Assembly (NCBI GenBank): GCA_965603825.1
Contig: CBFDEM010000012.1
Span: 496,001-560,000 of the forward strand
Source: Blepharisma stoltei ATCC 30299
Lineage: Eukaryota > Protista > Ciliophora
Length of the DNA stretch: 64,000 nucleotides
Direction: 5' to 3'
This document shows positions 25,072 to 37,585 of the stretch, piece after piece. Within the stretch, counting starts at the first letter, position 1; each line of letters begins with the position of its first letter. The position numbers and the translations under genes are program-made. The notes under the pieces were generated by a model. That model was not told the DNA's origin. It searched no databases and saw only the letters and a list, made by a program, of their open reading frames with translations.

Positions 25072-26799
25072 ATGTCTAAAAAAGTAAAAGGATCAGCCCG
25101 AAACCATATAAAATTAGAAGACCTTCCTCAAGATATTTTAATAATGGTGCTTAAGGACTTCTTGGATATAAGTGATTGAGGAAGATTAGCCTGTGTTTGC
25201 AGCTGGCAATGGAATATAGTAAATTCTTGCTGATCAACCCTCCAATATTTGAACTTTTATCAAATTCCTTTATTAAGAGCAACTGATTTTAAAACGGTCA
25301 TTAAAAAGTGTAACAGACTGAAAAAACTTAAAATAGATTGCACTTACCTAGACTTAAGTGCTTTAGCCTATATTCCTACAGGTCTAGAAGAATTAAGACT
25401 TGAATCCTTGGATCGAATAATTGGCGATGAAAATTTTTTATTGGTCTTAGAAAGGCTTCAGTTTTTGAAAGTCCTCAAACTTTCTGTCTATAACAAATCA
25501 ATAGATTATAAAATAAATCGAGATAGGTGATTTTCTTTTTTATCAAATACAAATATCATATCGTTTGAATTTGATAATATGATACTTGCATCTTTTAGCG
25601 AATTAAAAAAAAGCCAAGGTCTCTTTAATGGCTTGAGCAGTTCAGGCATCAAAAAACTAAAAATTTGAAATTCGAAAATTTTTAACTTACCTTGTTATCT
25701 TGAAAAGCTAAAAATCATAGCAAATAAAGTAGCTAAAACAAGCAGCCTATCATTAACTGACAATACCATTAGAATTATAGAAGAGAATTGTATTTCAATA
25801 AATAAGCTAAAAATAGTTGACTATAATACTAGAATATATGAAAATGATATTCTTACAAACGAGGGAATATCAACTATATATAGAAGCTGAAGCAAAATCA
25901 AATATTTATGACTCACTTCCTACTCTGAGGTAGGAGTCAACTTTGTAGATGAAAATACCATACTGCAGCTACTCACTTCTTGTGAAAACTTGCGTGTGCT
26001 TGGTCTAGATGGGTTTAAGCATTTTACTGACTCCTGCACACAAGTTTTAAGCAATAAAAGCCCAAATCTCGAAAGATTATCACTTTCGTTTACTTATATT
26101 ACAGATGCATCTCTTTTTCATATTTCTTCACTTAAGCAGCTTTGCTATTTAAGTTTAAGAAATTGCAAAAGATTATCAGAATCAGGGTTAATTGAACTAT
26201 TTCAGCATATGCCAGCACTAGAGACCCTCAATCTTTCAGGGGCATCAAATGTCACTAACCAAGTGATGCACGCTCTTTCTAGCAATAGTAGAAATCTTAA
26301 ACAGTTGATTATCAGCAATGCCCAAATCACTTCGCTTTGCAATATTGCAAGTATTCAAAGCCTTAATGATTTATCAATTATCAATTGCCATAAAATCGAG
26401 AATTCAGAGTCATTCAAACTTTTGGCACAATTACGGAGCCTGACTAATCTCTCTATTGTTGGTTCAAAAACTCTTACACATGAGAGCTTTGCAGCAATTA
26501 TGGACTGTATAGGAAGGAATTTAAGAAAGCTCAGACTTGATGGCTGCAAAAAACTTGACGACAGAAGTTTTCTAAAAATTGCTCAAAGCGGAAAGAAGAT
26601 CCGAATTTTACTCATGAAAGATATAGAGCTTACAAGCCAAATTCTTAGTTACCTTGGACTTATGTGGGCGAATTTGAAACACTTTACAGTCTCAAACTTT
26701 ACCAAATTTGAAAGTAGCAATGGAATTGCTAGCAATGACCATGAATTTAGAATAATGGTTAATGTTCAAGAAGAGATTTTATATTTTTCATCATCATAA
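25072..26799 (+). CDS. F-box / leucine-rich-repeat protein
   Basis: F-box LEDLPQDILIMVL; six in-frame TGA (25177, 25231, 25528, 25666, 25888, 25909); Cys-containing LRRs. Confidence 0.85.
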
Positions 26800-26918
26800 A
26801 AAAGCTTTATAGCTGAAAAATAGTAAATACTTAATATAAATAGTAACTAGTAAATTAATCGATTCTTATTATAAAGCTAATTATGATTGTGTTTATATAA
26901 ATGCATAAATTAATTAAT

Positions 26919-28433
26919 CTAATATTGATGATTGAAATTCTTATGTCTTGATTTTTTCGACGTAATAAACTTTATGCTCCCAACATATTTAACAGAAATC
27001 CAAAGAAGCAGTAAATATATTACTACGTACAAGAAGATATATAAATCAAGAACTTTGGATTTCATCTTGTAACTGTTTAGAATCTCCACTTTTGTGTCAA
27101 AATACACATCATCGGATCCATGGAACTTTTGAAGCTTCATATTATTGCCAAGGGCTTCTCTTACATAATCTCTAAAAAGGATCAAAAACTCAGATCCTGA
27201 CACAATCTTCGTTGGGAACCGACTGTGTGAGCTGAATTTTTTAAGCCAGCCTAATGCATCGCTGCTTAGTTTTGCCTGAACCTTCATCTGAGCATTTTCA
27301 TGATCTCCATCTAAAAACCTTACTAATGCTTCATAAATGAACATGACATTTTTTTCTAAAATATGCAGATTTATATTAGATTTTCTATCATAAATTGAGT
27401 TTTTTTCAAGCGTAGAATTCGCTGGTCTCTCTAAGTGCGAAAGAGTGGCAGCTACAATTTTTTTCTTAATAAAAGTTTCATGTCCCCATGGAATGTAATT
27501 GTCTACTAAATCAACTTTTTTCTTGAAATAATTAAGAGAAATTTGATACTTCGAAGCAGTTCTATTAAACCCAGAAAAAAGATTAATGAGCTCAGTTTCA
27601 TCTTTTCTCGGAAATCTTGTGATGTGGAATGTCAATTCTTCTGATTTGCCAATAGTGTCAAGGCATAAGGCAAAAGCAATATTATTAATTGCATGCTTCA
27701 AGTCAGGGGCTTTGGAGTCCAGCCAACGCTGAAGGCCAATAAAATTATCATTTCCGCCAGAATTGAATAGAATTAGAACATTATATTTCGGTTTCGAGTT
27801 TATCAGATTTTTTTTCAAAAGTTTAGCAATCTCACCCAAAGCAATGACACCGCTTCCATTTGAATCCATACCAAATGATAACTCAGGAACAATCGAAAAT
27901 GAATCATAATGAGCCGCTAAAACGACTGTAGGAAGAGCTTCATCATAATCATTTAGAAACCCATAATAATTTTCCAATGTGACATTTCTCAATCCTTCTG
28001 CTTCCACATTTGAATTTAATACAAATTGTATTCCATCTCCTTTCAGCCAATAAAGCTGCTCATAGAGTTCCATAATTTCTAAGGTTTGGAATGTGAAAAA
28101 AATCGGGAAGTAAAATCGATGAGTTCCTAAATAGAGCTCTATGTCTCTTATTTTTTCTGGCTCATTTTCTTCTAAAATTATCAAAAGAGCGCCTGGCTTG
28201 TTAGCCAAAATCACATGAAAAAGGGTTAGATGAAGGTCTGAAGCATGAACGAGTGCCATTTTACGCTGAATTTCTTCAACGTTTTTATAATGGGCTCCGG
28301 CAAGTTTTAACGAAGAAACTTGGGATCCGTATAGCACTCCTTGATGCTCATATTTGATCAACTTGTAAACTGGAATCTGTAAAGCAAAAATGCTTTGCAG
28401 AAATAAAAGCAAAGAAATAAAAGATAGCTTCAT
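26919..28433 (-). CDS. NCLN: Nicalin (M28-like ER membrane protein)
   Basis: Signal peptide, PTVVLAAHYDSF, GMDSNGSGVIAL, FALCLDTIG, WGHE, C-terminal TM. Confidence 0.85.
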   Translation of the reverse strand: MKLSFISLLLFLQSIFALQIPVYKLIKYEHQGVLYGSQVSSLKLAGAHYKNVEEIQRKMALVHASDLHLTLFHVILANKPGALLIILEENEPEKIRDIELYLGTHRFYFPIFFTFQTLEIMELYEQLYWLKGDGIQFVLNSNVEAEGLRNVTLENYYGFLNDYDEALPTVVLAAHYDSFSIVPELSFGMDSNGSGVIALGEIAKLLKKNLINSKPKYNVLILFNSGGNDNFIGLQRWLDSKAPDLKHAINNIAFALCLDTIGKSEELTFHITRFPRKDETELINLFSGFNRTASKYQISLNYFKKKVDLVDNYIPWGHETFIKKKIVAATLSHLERPANSTLEKNSIYDRKSNINLHILEKNVMFIYEALVRFLDGDHENAQMKVQAKLSSDALGWLKKFSSHSRFPTKIVSGSEFLILFRDYVREALGNNMKLQKFHGSDDVYFDTKVEILNSYKMKSKVLDLYIFLYVVIYLLLLWISVKYVGSIKFITSKKSRHKNFNHQY

Positions 28434-28573
28434 TGTAATGAATTATCAGAAATATAAATGGATACGTGGAAAACAATTAATTTATGAAATTAAGTCAAAA
28501 TAAATAATTAAACAAAATTATAATAATTGAATGAAAATTATTAATTCCATACGATTTTTTTTATTTAAGTACT

Positions 28574-29500
28574 TTAATTTTCAATTTTTTCTTCTTCCTC
28601 AAGCTTATCATCATTAGCATTAGACAATTCAAAGCTGTCTTTATTTTCAGCATATAAAGTTCCATGATAATGACAGCTAATACCCTGCATAAAACATACA
28701 ATAATTAGAATTAGCACACAGCTAAAAAATAAAACGTCATTTTTGATTTCTTCTCATAATAAATAGCGAGAAGAAAGCAATCCGAAAATAAGGATTGAGA
28801 TGTAATAACCAATATAAATTTCAATCTAGATAGATCTTACAATACTGTATTCGATTTTTAATAATTTGCTATATGAGCTCTCTAAGCATGTCAAAACCAC
28901 TGCCAAAAGAATAAAAGAAATTGCATATGACAGAGACTGATATTCATTATCTAATATGTAGAGTATCATGAGAGCGATGATTTTTATGCACAGCACATTC
29001 ATCATCCCTAAGCTTCCGCACAAAAATGCTTTATAAATACCTCTTAATGTAAATCTTGCACAAAAACCAAATACAAAAAAAGAGCAAATTCCAAGAATTA
29101 TGTACCCCAATAGATCTCCATTAAGTTCTGTATATCCATCTACGTCAATATAGCACCCCAACCTTTATATTTCTTACACAATTGATGTCAATATCGCCGC
29201 ATTCCCAATCATACTCGGCCATGAAATTGTGATTTGCTCAGCTTTATGCCAAAAAAAGCTCAAAAATAAAAGATGACTTGAGCCTGCCTTAAAATTACTC
29301 GCAGTAATATAATGAAAAAAAGAAACCAAGCTTAAAGCAATAATTTCACATGATAAGCCTGTCGTATAGTACAACAAAAGAGTAGCTTTGCTGTCATTGC
29401 AATTTCTCTGCGTAGAGGCTGCGTGCTTTCTTGAAATCGCGTACTGCTGCAGGGCAGCCCCAAACATTAAGACCCCAGTTCCATATATCTTCATAAACAT
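28574..29500 (-). CDS. Multi-pass membrane protein (DMT/NIPA-like), two introns
   Basis: Many hydrophobic segments; introns 29163-29177 and 28826-28840 plus TGA 28754 give one frame ending TAA 28574. Confidence 0.7.
28826..28840 (-). other. 15-nt intron GTAAGATCTATCTAG
   Basis: Matches the consensus; its terminal TAG is the in-frame stop; frame stays open afterwards. Confidence 0.8.
29163..29177 (-). other. 15-nt intron GTAAGAAATATAAAG
   Basis: Joins two same-frame hydrophobic ORFs and removes an in-frame TAA. Confidence 0.8.
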
Positions 29501-29545
29501 GATTTAAATAATATTTTTCTGAAATCGATTAAACTATTAGCTACT

Positions 29546-30322
29546 TTAAGCATTTGCAGCAGGCTTTTGAGTCTTGGCACCTCTCAGTCTTCCAGTTCTT
29601 CTAGCAGCAATAAGTCCAACCTTTTGTCCAGGTGGTGCACTTCTCTTAACAGTGCTTGGGTGTCCGATGTGTTGATGGTTACCACCTCCATGTGGATGCT
29701 CTACAGGGTTCATAGCCACACCTCTAACCTTAGGCCAGCAGTTTCTTTTGACTCTGTATTTGTGATAAGCTCTTCCAGCTTTCATGATTGGCTTCTCGTT
29801 TCTTCCGCCACCAGCTACAATCCCAATCATGGCTCTGCACGAAGAATCAACAGTTTTCCTTGCTCCACTTGGGAGTCTGATTCTGGTCCTTGTCCCGTCG
29901 TCTGACTGTCCAATAACAGCGCAAGCAGTCCCTGAGGTTCTTCCAATTGTCCCTCTGTCTCCGTATCTGCCCTCGACATTGCAAACTTCAGTACCTTCAG
30001 GCATTTGTGAAAGTGGGAGGACATTCCCAACAGTAAGTTGGGCGTCCTGACCACAATAAATGTATTGGCCTGAGTACATACCTTCTGTCGCAATAAATGT
30101 TTCTATATGCTGACGATAACGGTATGGATCTCTGAAAACTACTCGGGCTAAGGGTGCACCACGACCAGGGTCATGGATGATTTCTTTCACAACTCCTCTG
30201 ATGTAGCCATTTCGTTCTGAATAGTCTAAAGCTCTGAATTTTGGTACACCTTTACGATGAGCTACGTGAGCTTTGAAAATTGCTGCACCTCCTTTACGTT
30301 GAGCTCTGATTCTACGACCCAT
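29546..30322 (-). CDS. RPL8: 60S ribosomal protein L8 (uL2)
   Basis: [46 protein letters not shown]. Confidence 0.97.
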   Translation of the reverse strand: MGRRIRAQRKGGAAIFKAHVAHRKGVPKFRALDYSERNGYIRGVVKEIIHDPGRGAPLARVVFRDPYRYRQHIETFIATEGMYSGQYIYCGQDAQLTVGNVLPLSQMPEGTEVCNVEGRYGDRGTIGRTSGTACAVIGQSDDGTRTRIRLPSGARKTVDSSCRAMIGIVAGGGRNEKPIMKAGRAYHKYRVKRNCWPKVRGVAMNPVEHPHGGGNHQHIGHPSTVKRSAPPGQKVGLIAARRTGRLRGAKTQKPAANA

Positions 30323-30362
30323 ATTTTATAGCCACTGATAGATGTTAATATGGAATTTTAGA

Positions 30363-33300
30363 TTACTTATCATTAGAACTAAACGAAAGCCTGCTCCGGC
30401 ATCTCAGTCTTAAAATTTCTTTGTCTTTTGTTGAAATACTCTCTTGGAATTCGTATTCGCGGGTTTGAATGAATCTTCTCTTATTTTCGAGCTCTGCAAG
30501 CAATTCTTCGATTAAGTCGCATTTGTGAGAGAGCTCGTATTCGAGCTCTTCTCTCAGTTTGCGTTCTTCATAGAGAGCTTGAAGCAATTCTTGGTGAGTT
30601 GATCGAGAAACATTGTCTATGTATTTGCAGTGATTGTGAAGTTTTTCTTGGATTCTATCTTTATTTTCTTTGTATTCTTTAATTAGTTCTTGCATATATT
30701 TGCTTTGGGCTTCTAGCTCTTCTATTGTATGCTGCTCTTTGAGTCTAGGATCAAAGTGGTCTTCTACATAGATGCTGTCTCTTTTTCTTGTGTCACCCAT
30801 TTGACTATTGGCAGCGATTTTATAAAAATCAGCTTGCTTTCTTAAGGTCTGGACTTCTTTTTCATAGTCTTCAACACTTTTAAGTAAACATTTCTTTTCG
30901 ACTGTGAGTGATTCAATAGACTGCATGTATGCATCTTCTTTCCCTGCCCATTCTTGTGGAGTTTCATTTTTTATAGTTTCTTCTTTAATTTTTATAATTT
31001 CAAGCGCTTTTTTAGCAATTTCTTTAGGTGCTATCTCTTCTTTTTCTTCATTGGGATTTATTTTTAAGTTACTGCAAAGCTCTAGCAATGAACTTTTTCA
31101 ATCATCACAATCTTGCATTAATCGTTTTCCACTTTCTTTGAGACTTGCATTTTCCTCTTCTAATTTTTTTAGGTTTTTGACAAGCTCCTTGAGGCTTGAA
31201 TTTTCTTCTTCTAATTTTCTGATGGATTCTTTGAATGGCTTTTCATCAATGAAAGGTTCGGTAGTTTGAACTTCGTCAATAGCATATTCTTTTTTAACTT
31301 TCTGAGGACTTTCTTGCCTTTCTTGCCTTTCTTGCCTTTCTTGCCTTTCTTGCCTTTCTTGCCTTTCTTGCCTTTCTTGCCTTTCTTGCCTTTCTTGCCT
31401 TTCTTTGGGCTTATCAGGTAGATTAACACTTGTGCGGGATCTTTTGGATTGGAAATCTGACTTAATGTCAGCATCATCTTTGATAGGCTCAGGTGCAAAT
31501 GTTTTATACTGCCATTGATCAGGATCTAAAGTATCTTTTTGCTTAGCATTCCTTTCGTTCATAGATCTATTATCAGGCTCTTCACGAAATGTCCTTGATT
31601 TAGGGCCTCTTCTGAATCTTTCTGCTTCATCATAGGATGTAACTGAGTCTCTATCAAAATTCCCTGCATAAGATCGAGGACTGAGACTTTGTTTATATGA
31701 CCTTGTATTAAAATCTGCTATGCTCATAGGTCGAGAACCTTCAGCATCCATATGCTGTACAGTTATGTTGAATTTTTCATTGTTTTTAAGCTTCTTATGC
31801 TCTTCTATCAAGATATCTATGAAAATATTAATATCCCCTATAGTAGAAAACGAAATGTTGTGTCTCATATAATATTCTTGATTCCACTTTGTGAATTTCA
31901 CCTTTACGCTTTCAAGAAGTTCTTTTAGTTTCCCATCAGTCTTTATCTTTCCTCTCAATTCATCGACAAAATCGCCATTTTCTGAGTCAGTTTGCACATC
32001 TTCTTCCTTTGTATTTATTGGAGTGCTTAGCCTATCTTTAGAATCTGAACGTTCTAATATAGATCTTCGTTTTAGTGCGCTTTCCAGCTTTTGTTCAAGG
32101 TCTTTAATCTGATTTAGAAGTAATTCTTTTTCGTGGGATAGTTGGGTGTTAAAGATCTGAAGATTGGATTTCTCTTCATTTACACTCATAATTTCTTTTT
32201 TCGAATATTCAAAGTCTTTCGACAATGCGGAGTACCTATTTTCCAAATCATCAAATCGAGCTGAGTATTCCTTTAAGCGCTGATCTTCGTCTAAGCCATT
32301 TGCAGATTCGCTAAACTTTTTAGAGTTTGCTAAGTCATTTTCTGCTTCCATTAACTGATTTCTGAGCCTTGAAATTTCTTCTTTAAGTTGATCTGTTGAT
32401 TCTTGGTAAACTTCAATTTGATCTTGCAGGCTTTCAATTTCTCCTTTCAATTCATAATTTTCTCTTTCCAAATCTTCACTTCCTAAGTTTTTCTTCAGTT
32501 TTTCAATAAAGCTATCCTGAGTTTGTATTTTATAATCTAAATCTAAAATCTCTTTTTCAAGTCTTTGGTTTGCCTCTGTAAGCTCTTCTATTGCTTCTTC
32601 TTTATCTTGCAGCATTCTAGCTTGTGATTCCTTTTGATCATTAAGATTGTCAATCTCCCTTTGAAGTTCTTGTAATCCTACAGCTGTTTCACTTTCTGAA
32701 TCTTGAGATTTTTTATTGAGTTTATTTATTTGAAAGTACATTTTTTGTTTAGAGAATTCATTTTCATGTAGCTTTGATTCGAGATTTTTAATAGTTTCCG
32801 CATGCTTTTCTATTTGGTATTCAAGCTCATCGATTTTTTGGTCCTTTTCTGCTGTCAATTTCTTTGATTCTTCTCCAAGCTTTAGCATAATGGCATTATT
32901 ACTCTCAATAAGCTTCCTGAGCTGCTCTTTGGTTTTTTCATGATTTAACTTTTCTTTAGCAAAATGATCAGCAATTTGCTTTTTCGTTTCGTGCTCTCTT
33001 TTTAGTTTTATAGTAACTTCTCTTATGCCAGTATTTAACTGATCTTTTAGCTCAGATATTTCTTTAATTTGGCTTGAATTTCTATCAGAAAGATCCTTTA
33101 TGCATCTATTTAGTTCTTTGCATTGCTCCTGGTAAGTCTTTTCAACCCTCTCAATGCTTTCCCTTCTAATCTTTTTTCACTGATCAACCCCAGAACTGTC
33201 CTTTGGTACTTTTTTCATTTCTTGCTCAGCTATTTTCTCACTTGACATAAGCGCACTCAATCTTTTGATTTCCGAGTTCAGTCTTATGCATTCAACATCC

Positions 33301-34235
33301 TTTACGAATTTTTCATTCTGAATAGCTTCATTATTGATTTTTAAGGATTCCATAATTGATGGCTGGATAAACTCAAGTTGCTCAGCTATCCTTGATTGAA
33401 TGATTTCTGAAACACTTTTATTTACTTTAGCTATTTCATCTTCACCTAGTTGTGCTTTAAGCAAAACATGCAAAAGTTGATCCCTTAAATCATAGATATC
33501 TCTTTCTTTCTTGTCTTTGAATATCTTTAATTCTGCTTCTAAAAAGCTGTTTTTATATGAGTATTCATTGCAAAGCTGTTTTAAATAAGCTATTTCTTGA
33601 CCTTCATCTGCAGTGCTGTTTTGACTCTGCTGAGATTGTCTAATAAATCCATCTGATTTATATTTTGAATCATCAGGCTTTCTCATTAGCATTCCTTTTA
33701 ACCGATTGCTTTCTCTCTCAATTTCTTCTTTTTCTCTTTCAAGTGAATCAAATTTAAATTGAAGGTTTTCGTATTCTTTTAGCAGCTCTTTAATTTCGTT
33801 GTTTTTTTCTTGGATTTCTACTTCAAAACCAGACCCTGAGGCAACGAAAACTTCTTCTTGTTCAGGATTTTGGGTGTTTTTTTGGGCCAAGGTATTTCTC
33901 AATATCTCAATTTCATATTCTTTTTCTTGAAGGTTCTTTAGCATTTCACTATGGTGTCTGCTTTTTGAAAGCAACCTTAATTCAGCCTCAAGTCTTGCGA
34001 TTGCATTATCTCTGGACTTGGTAATTGATCTTATAAGCTCAAAATTCTGTATCGGTTGTAAAGGTTCCAAAAATACATATCCGTATTTCTTCCATAGCTT
34101 GGAAGCTTTATCTAAATTTCCTACTGTCAGAGATTTATATAAGCTTTGAGCTTCTTCTGGACTTATAGATATATCAGGCATGCATTCTCTTATTGGACTT
34201 CCTGAACGTTGTAGTCGATCCGCCACCTTTTTCAT
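30363..34235 (-). CDS. Large coiled-coil protein (~1290 aa)
   Basis: Three ORFs in one frame joined by TGA 33177 and 31098; the segment 32889-33176 has no stop codon. Confidence 0.8.
31311..31400 (-). repeat. Perfect 9-nt coding tandem repeat x10 encoding (ERQ)10
   Basis: TTCTTGCCT repeated 10 times without mismatch on the + strand. Confidence 0.95.
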
Positions 34236-34386
34236 TCTAAATTATTGTTTCTAAAATATTCAAGTCGAGAAACCAAAAATTTAAAGGAAAAATATCTATC
34301 TGAATATAATAAATTTATAATAAAAATGTAAAATCAGCTTTAATCTGTTAATAAAATAATTAAAAATTCAAAATAATCCATATTAA

Positions 34387-35127
34387 TTAAACACCTTTAA
34401 GAGCAATCTGCTTAAGAACTTTATTGTTCCACAGAACTGATGCGACTAGCATTGCATTAGATATCAGAACAATAATAAATATATTGTAGAGCTGTCCAAC
34501 TAAAATCAATATACTAGATATTACCCCTAATATAAATGGCGGATATTTAACAGAGTGCTTTGCATAATATAATGATAAAGCCGTCAAAAATAATAGCAAA
34601 TATGTTAAAGGATGGAGAATAGCAACCAAATCTGCCAGTGAAGCTCCAAAAGCACTAAAAATTGACGAAAAAATTGATATATACATAGAGCTGCAAGTAC
34701 CATTTATGGTGCATACTGTCATAGCAGGGGCTAGCACATTCAATATAGGTGCTAACAATGGTGGTGGTTCTTGCAAAACTCGGCAAGAACTATGCAATAC
34801 TAGAATAATAAATAATGGAATCAGAGCTGGGCCGATTGAATCAAACTCGGAATCTAGACTTTCTATATATAACGTCAGAGACGTCAATGCTAGACCAAGG
34901 GTTGCAAAATGAACTAAATGCGCTAGAGCTGCATTTGAACTCATATCATCTGACCTGATAAGAATATATATAGAATAGAGTAGTTCAATAGCTAGATAAA
35001 TCATTGTCGGACTGTAAATTAACATGTATGGAGCATCCTTGATAAATTCAGACTTCCCATAAACTAGGCAGAGCTGAGTTGTTCCCAACAAACAAAAATA
35101 TAGCGGATAGAAATCTGAATTTTTCAT
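34387..35127 (-). CDS. Multi-pass membrane protein with MerC-like C-terminal half
   Basis: Hydrophobic throughout; CTINGTC followed by four helices ending ...YPPFILG...ASVLWN. Confidence 0.6.
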   Translation of the reverse strand: MKNSDFYPLYFCLLGTTQLCLVYGKSEFIKDAPYMLIYSPTMIYLAIELLYSIYILIRSDDMSSNAALAHLVHFATLGLALTSLTLYIESLDSEFDSIGPALIPLFIILVLHSSCRVLQEPPPLLAPILNVLAPAMTVCTINGTCSSMYISIFSSIFSAFGASLADLVAILHPLTYLLLFLTALSLYYAKHSVKYPPFILGVISSILILVGQLYNIFIIVLISNAMLVASVLWNNKVLKQIALKGV

Positions 35128-35721
35128 TATTAAAAGAACTAGCTCTATGTCATATTTGATTATATTTAAAATTCAAAATACTGTTAGGTTATTCTGGTCA
35201 GCCATTTCATTATTAACCCTGCCATTTTATTAGATATGGCTCTACAGGCAAAATGAAGTAGTTGAATTATATCAAACGAATTTAGCTTGGTAATTAATGA
35301 TAAATTTAGAAACTTTAATGAGGTTGTTTTATTTCAATTAATTTAATATGATAATAATATCTAAGTATTTATTCGGCATGTATGCTTTGTATCTATGCTA
35401 ATTTTAGTATAATCACAATTATTTTTTTATTGAAGATTTGTCATCAAAAATTACGTGGTATTTTAAGATTTTTGCGAAAACTGGTCTTAATATAGCTCAG
35501 TATCAAGGAATTGCAATTAATTTTTCTATGTCTCCATTAAATTCCTTTTATGTGATCCAATTGAAACTTTAACAACTGAAATATACATTGAAAAATTTAA
35601 AATCACATCAATCATGATTAATTTCCTCTTTATCTTTGGGTCATCAAACTTATCAATTTCGCTAGATGCTCTCTACTTCCTAGTTAGCTTTATTGAGTAT
35701 AATATTTAAATATAAACAAAA

Positions 35722-36348
35722 ATGTCAAAATATGATAGACAAAAATCTAATTATAGGCCAAGTCATAGCCACTCCCATACTCAGCACCCACAACAATACA
35801 AACTGATTTATGATTCTTCCTTAGAAGATCGTCGGCAAACCCACCACGAAAAGAGAAATGATGATAGATTTCGAGATGAAAAGCGAAATGATAATAGATT
35901 CCGGGAAGACAAAAGAAACGATGATCGATTCCGTGATGAAAAAAGAAATGATGATCGTTTCCGGGAGGATCGAAAAAGAAGCAGATCTAGGTCACCACCT
36001 AAACCAAAACCCCCTTCTCCTCAAATTTTAAATGCAATTCTTGAAGGACACATTTCTGAAAGCCTTGAGGTTGTGAATAAGTCATACAAGCATATGGCAG
36101 AGGATTTTAAAATAAAACCTGAAATCATCCATGATCCTTTTGATTTCACAGTGCTTCCTGTGCTGATATTACCAAGTGATATATCAGAACTTATTGAATC
36201 CTCAAGGACTTTAAGATTACAGTCAAAGATAAGAAATCGCGAGCTTGCAGAAGCAAAATTAAAGGTAATTGAAGCGGAACTGAAGGTGCATGAGAGTGAT
36301 GCAACATTGAATGCAATTAAAGCCCAAATTAATAACTATTCTTTATAA
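35722..36348 (+). CDS. R/D/E-rich repeat protein with RSRSRSP motif
   Basis: KRND[DN]RFR(DE/ED) x4, RS tract, C-terminal coiled coil. Confidence 0.75.
   Translation: MSKYDRQKSNYRPSHSHSHTQHPQQYKLIYDSSLEDRRQTHHEKRNDDRFRDEKRNDNRFREDKRNDDRFRDEKRNDDRFREDRKRSRSRSPPKPKPPSPQILNAILEGHISESLEVVNKSYKHMAEDFKIKPEIIHDPFDFTVLPVLILPSDISELIESSRTLRLQSKIRNRELAEAKLKVIEAELKVHESDATLNAIKAQINNYSL
35851..35970 (+). repeat. 30-nt coding tandem repeat x4
   Basis: Units start at 35851, 35881, 35911, 35941; synonymous divergence and alternating RDE/RED endings. Confidence 0.85.
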
Positions 36349-36466
36349 TTTTGAACTTGGCATCTTATATCACCATAAAAATGCTGAATTATTCCAACAT
36401 CATGCAAATTAAATGTTTAATTGCAAATAGCTGTGAATTTATATAATAATTATAACTTAAGGGATA

Positions 36467-37525
36467 TTATCTTAGTTGATAAAATTGCCAAGTTCGAAGT
36501 GGGCTAAATCCATCCAAATTATAAGAAATTTTTATGTCAAGCTCCCTGACATTTACGAGGTTTGGCCTCACAGATATCGAGCCTGATAATATTTGATTGT
36601 GATTTACCTTGTGCGATTCATTTAGGTAGAAAATTGTCTGCTTCCAATGGGTGCTCTTGAGTTTTGGAGAAGTATTAAGTGTAATTCATTTGTGAGAGTG
36701 GCAAAACCCAACCTCAAACCATGCCACAAGGCCGCTCAAAATATCATTTTTATTTATCTGGAGCCTATAGCTGGTAGTAAAGGTTAGCTCTTCTAGAGTC
36801 ACACATTGAAGATTTATTTCAAAAACTGGTGCTTGTGTACTGATTATTTTTTCTTCATCAACTGTGTCCACTAAAGGCTCTCTAATTGCATGGCTTCTCA
36901 TCGGTGTCATGTTGATTCCATACACATCGCTCCAAAAGTCAAATTTTGACTCTTTGTATTTTGAATCTTCAATTGCAGCCACCCAAATTCTTGCCTTGTC
37001 AGGGAATAGCAATCCATTAGGTGCCAGCCATTTATCTCTTGCATAAATAACTGAGTTAAGCATGCTTTCAAAAAGCAAGAAATACCCCATCCATTCAGAA
37101 ATGATAATATCAACTTTTTGTACTGGCAGCTCAATTTCTTCAACTTTTCCTTTTATATAAGTGATTTTATCAGCAAAGCCGTTGTCTTCAGCAATTTTTC
37201 TTGCGTAATCAATGATATCAGCGCAATCCACTGCATACACATGACTCGCTCCAGCTCTCATTGCGAAGTAGCTCAAAATGCCTGTGCCACAGCCTACATC
37301 AAGGACAGTTTTTCCTCTAAAGAGATAAGGATTCCGGATGATGGCTTTTCTGTATGTTCCAGTCCTTACATCATCTTTGATCATATCTTCATGGATTCCA
37401 AAATGAGCATATGAGTTAAAATAATAATCAGACTTGTAGCCATAGCTCATGTCATCAACATTTTCGAACTCATGTCACAGTTTTCCGTCTCCGAATTCCT
37501 CTTCTCTGCTCTCCACAAACTCCAT
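36467..37525 (-). CDS. PRMT1: Type I protein arginine methyltransferase
   Basis: DYYFNSYAHFGIHE, VLDVGCGTGIL, SEWMGYFLLFESM, THWKQT; TGA at 37475 and 36686. Confidence 0.9.
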
Positions 37526-37585
37526 TATTTGTAAGGCAAATTATTAGTTTTCTTATAAAAGCAGGTTAGCTTTAAAATGTTTATA

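Noticed and set aside
31211-31498. ORF encoding a KKG repeat
   Set aside because: Alternative frame of the 9-nt repeat inside the large coiled-coil gene
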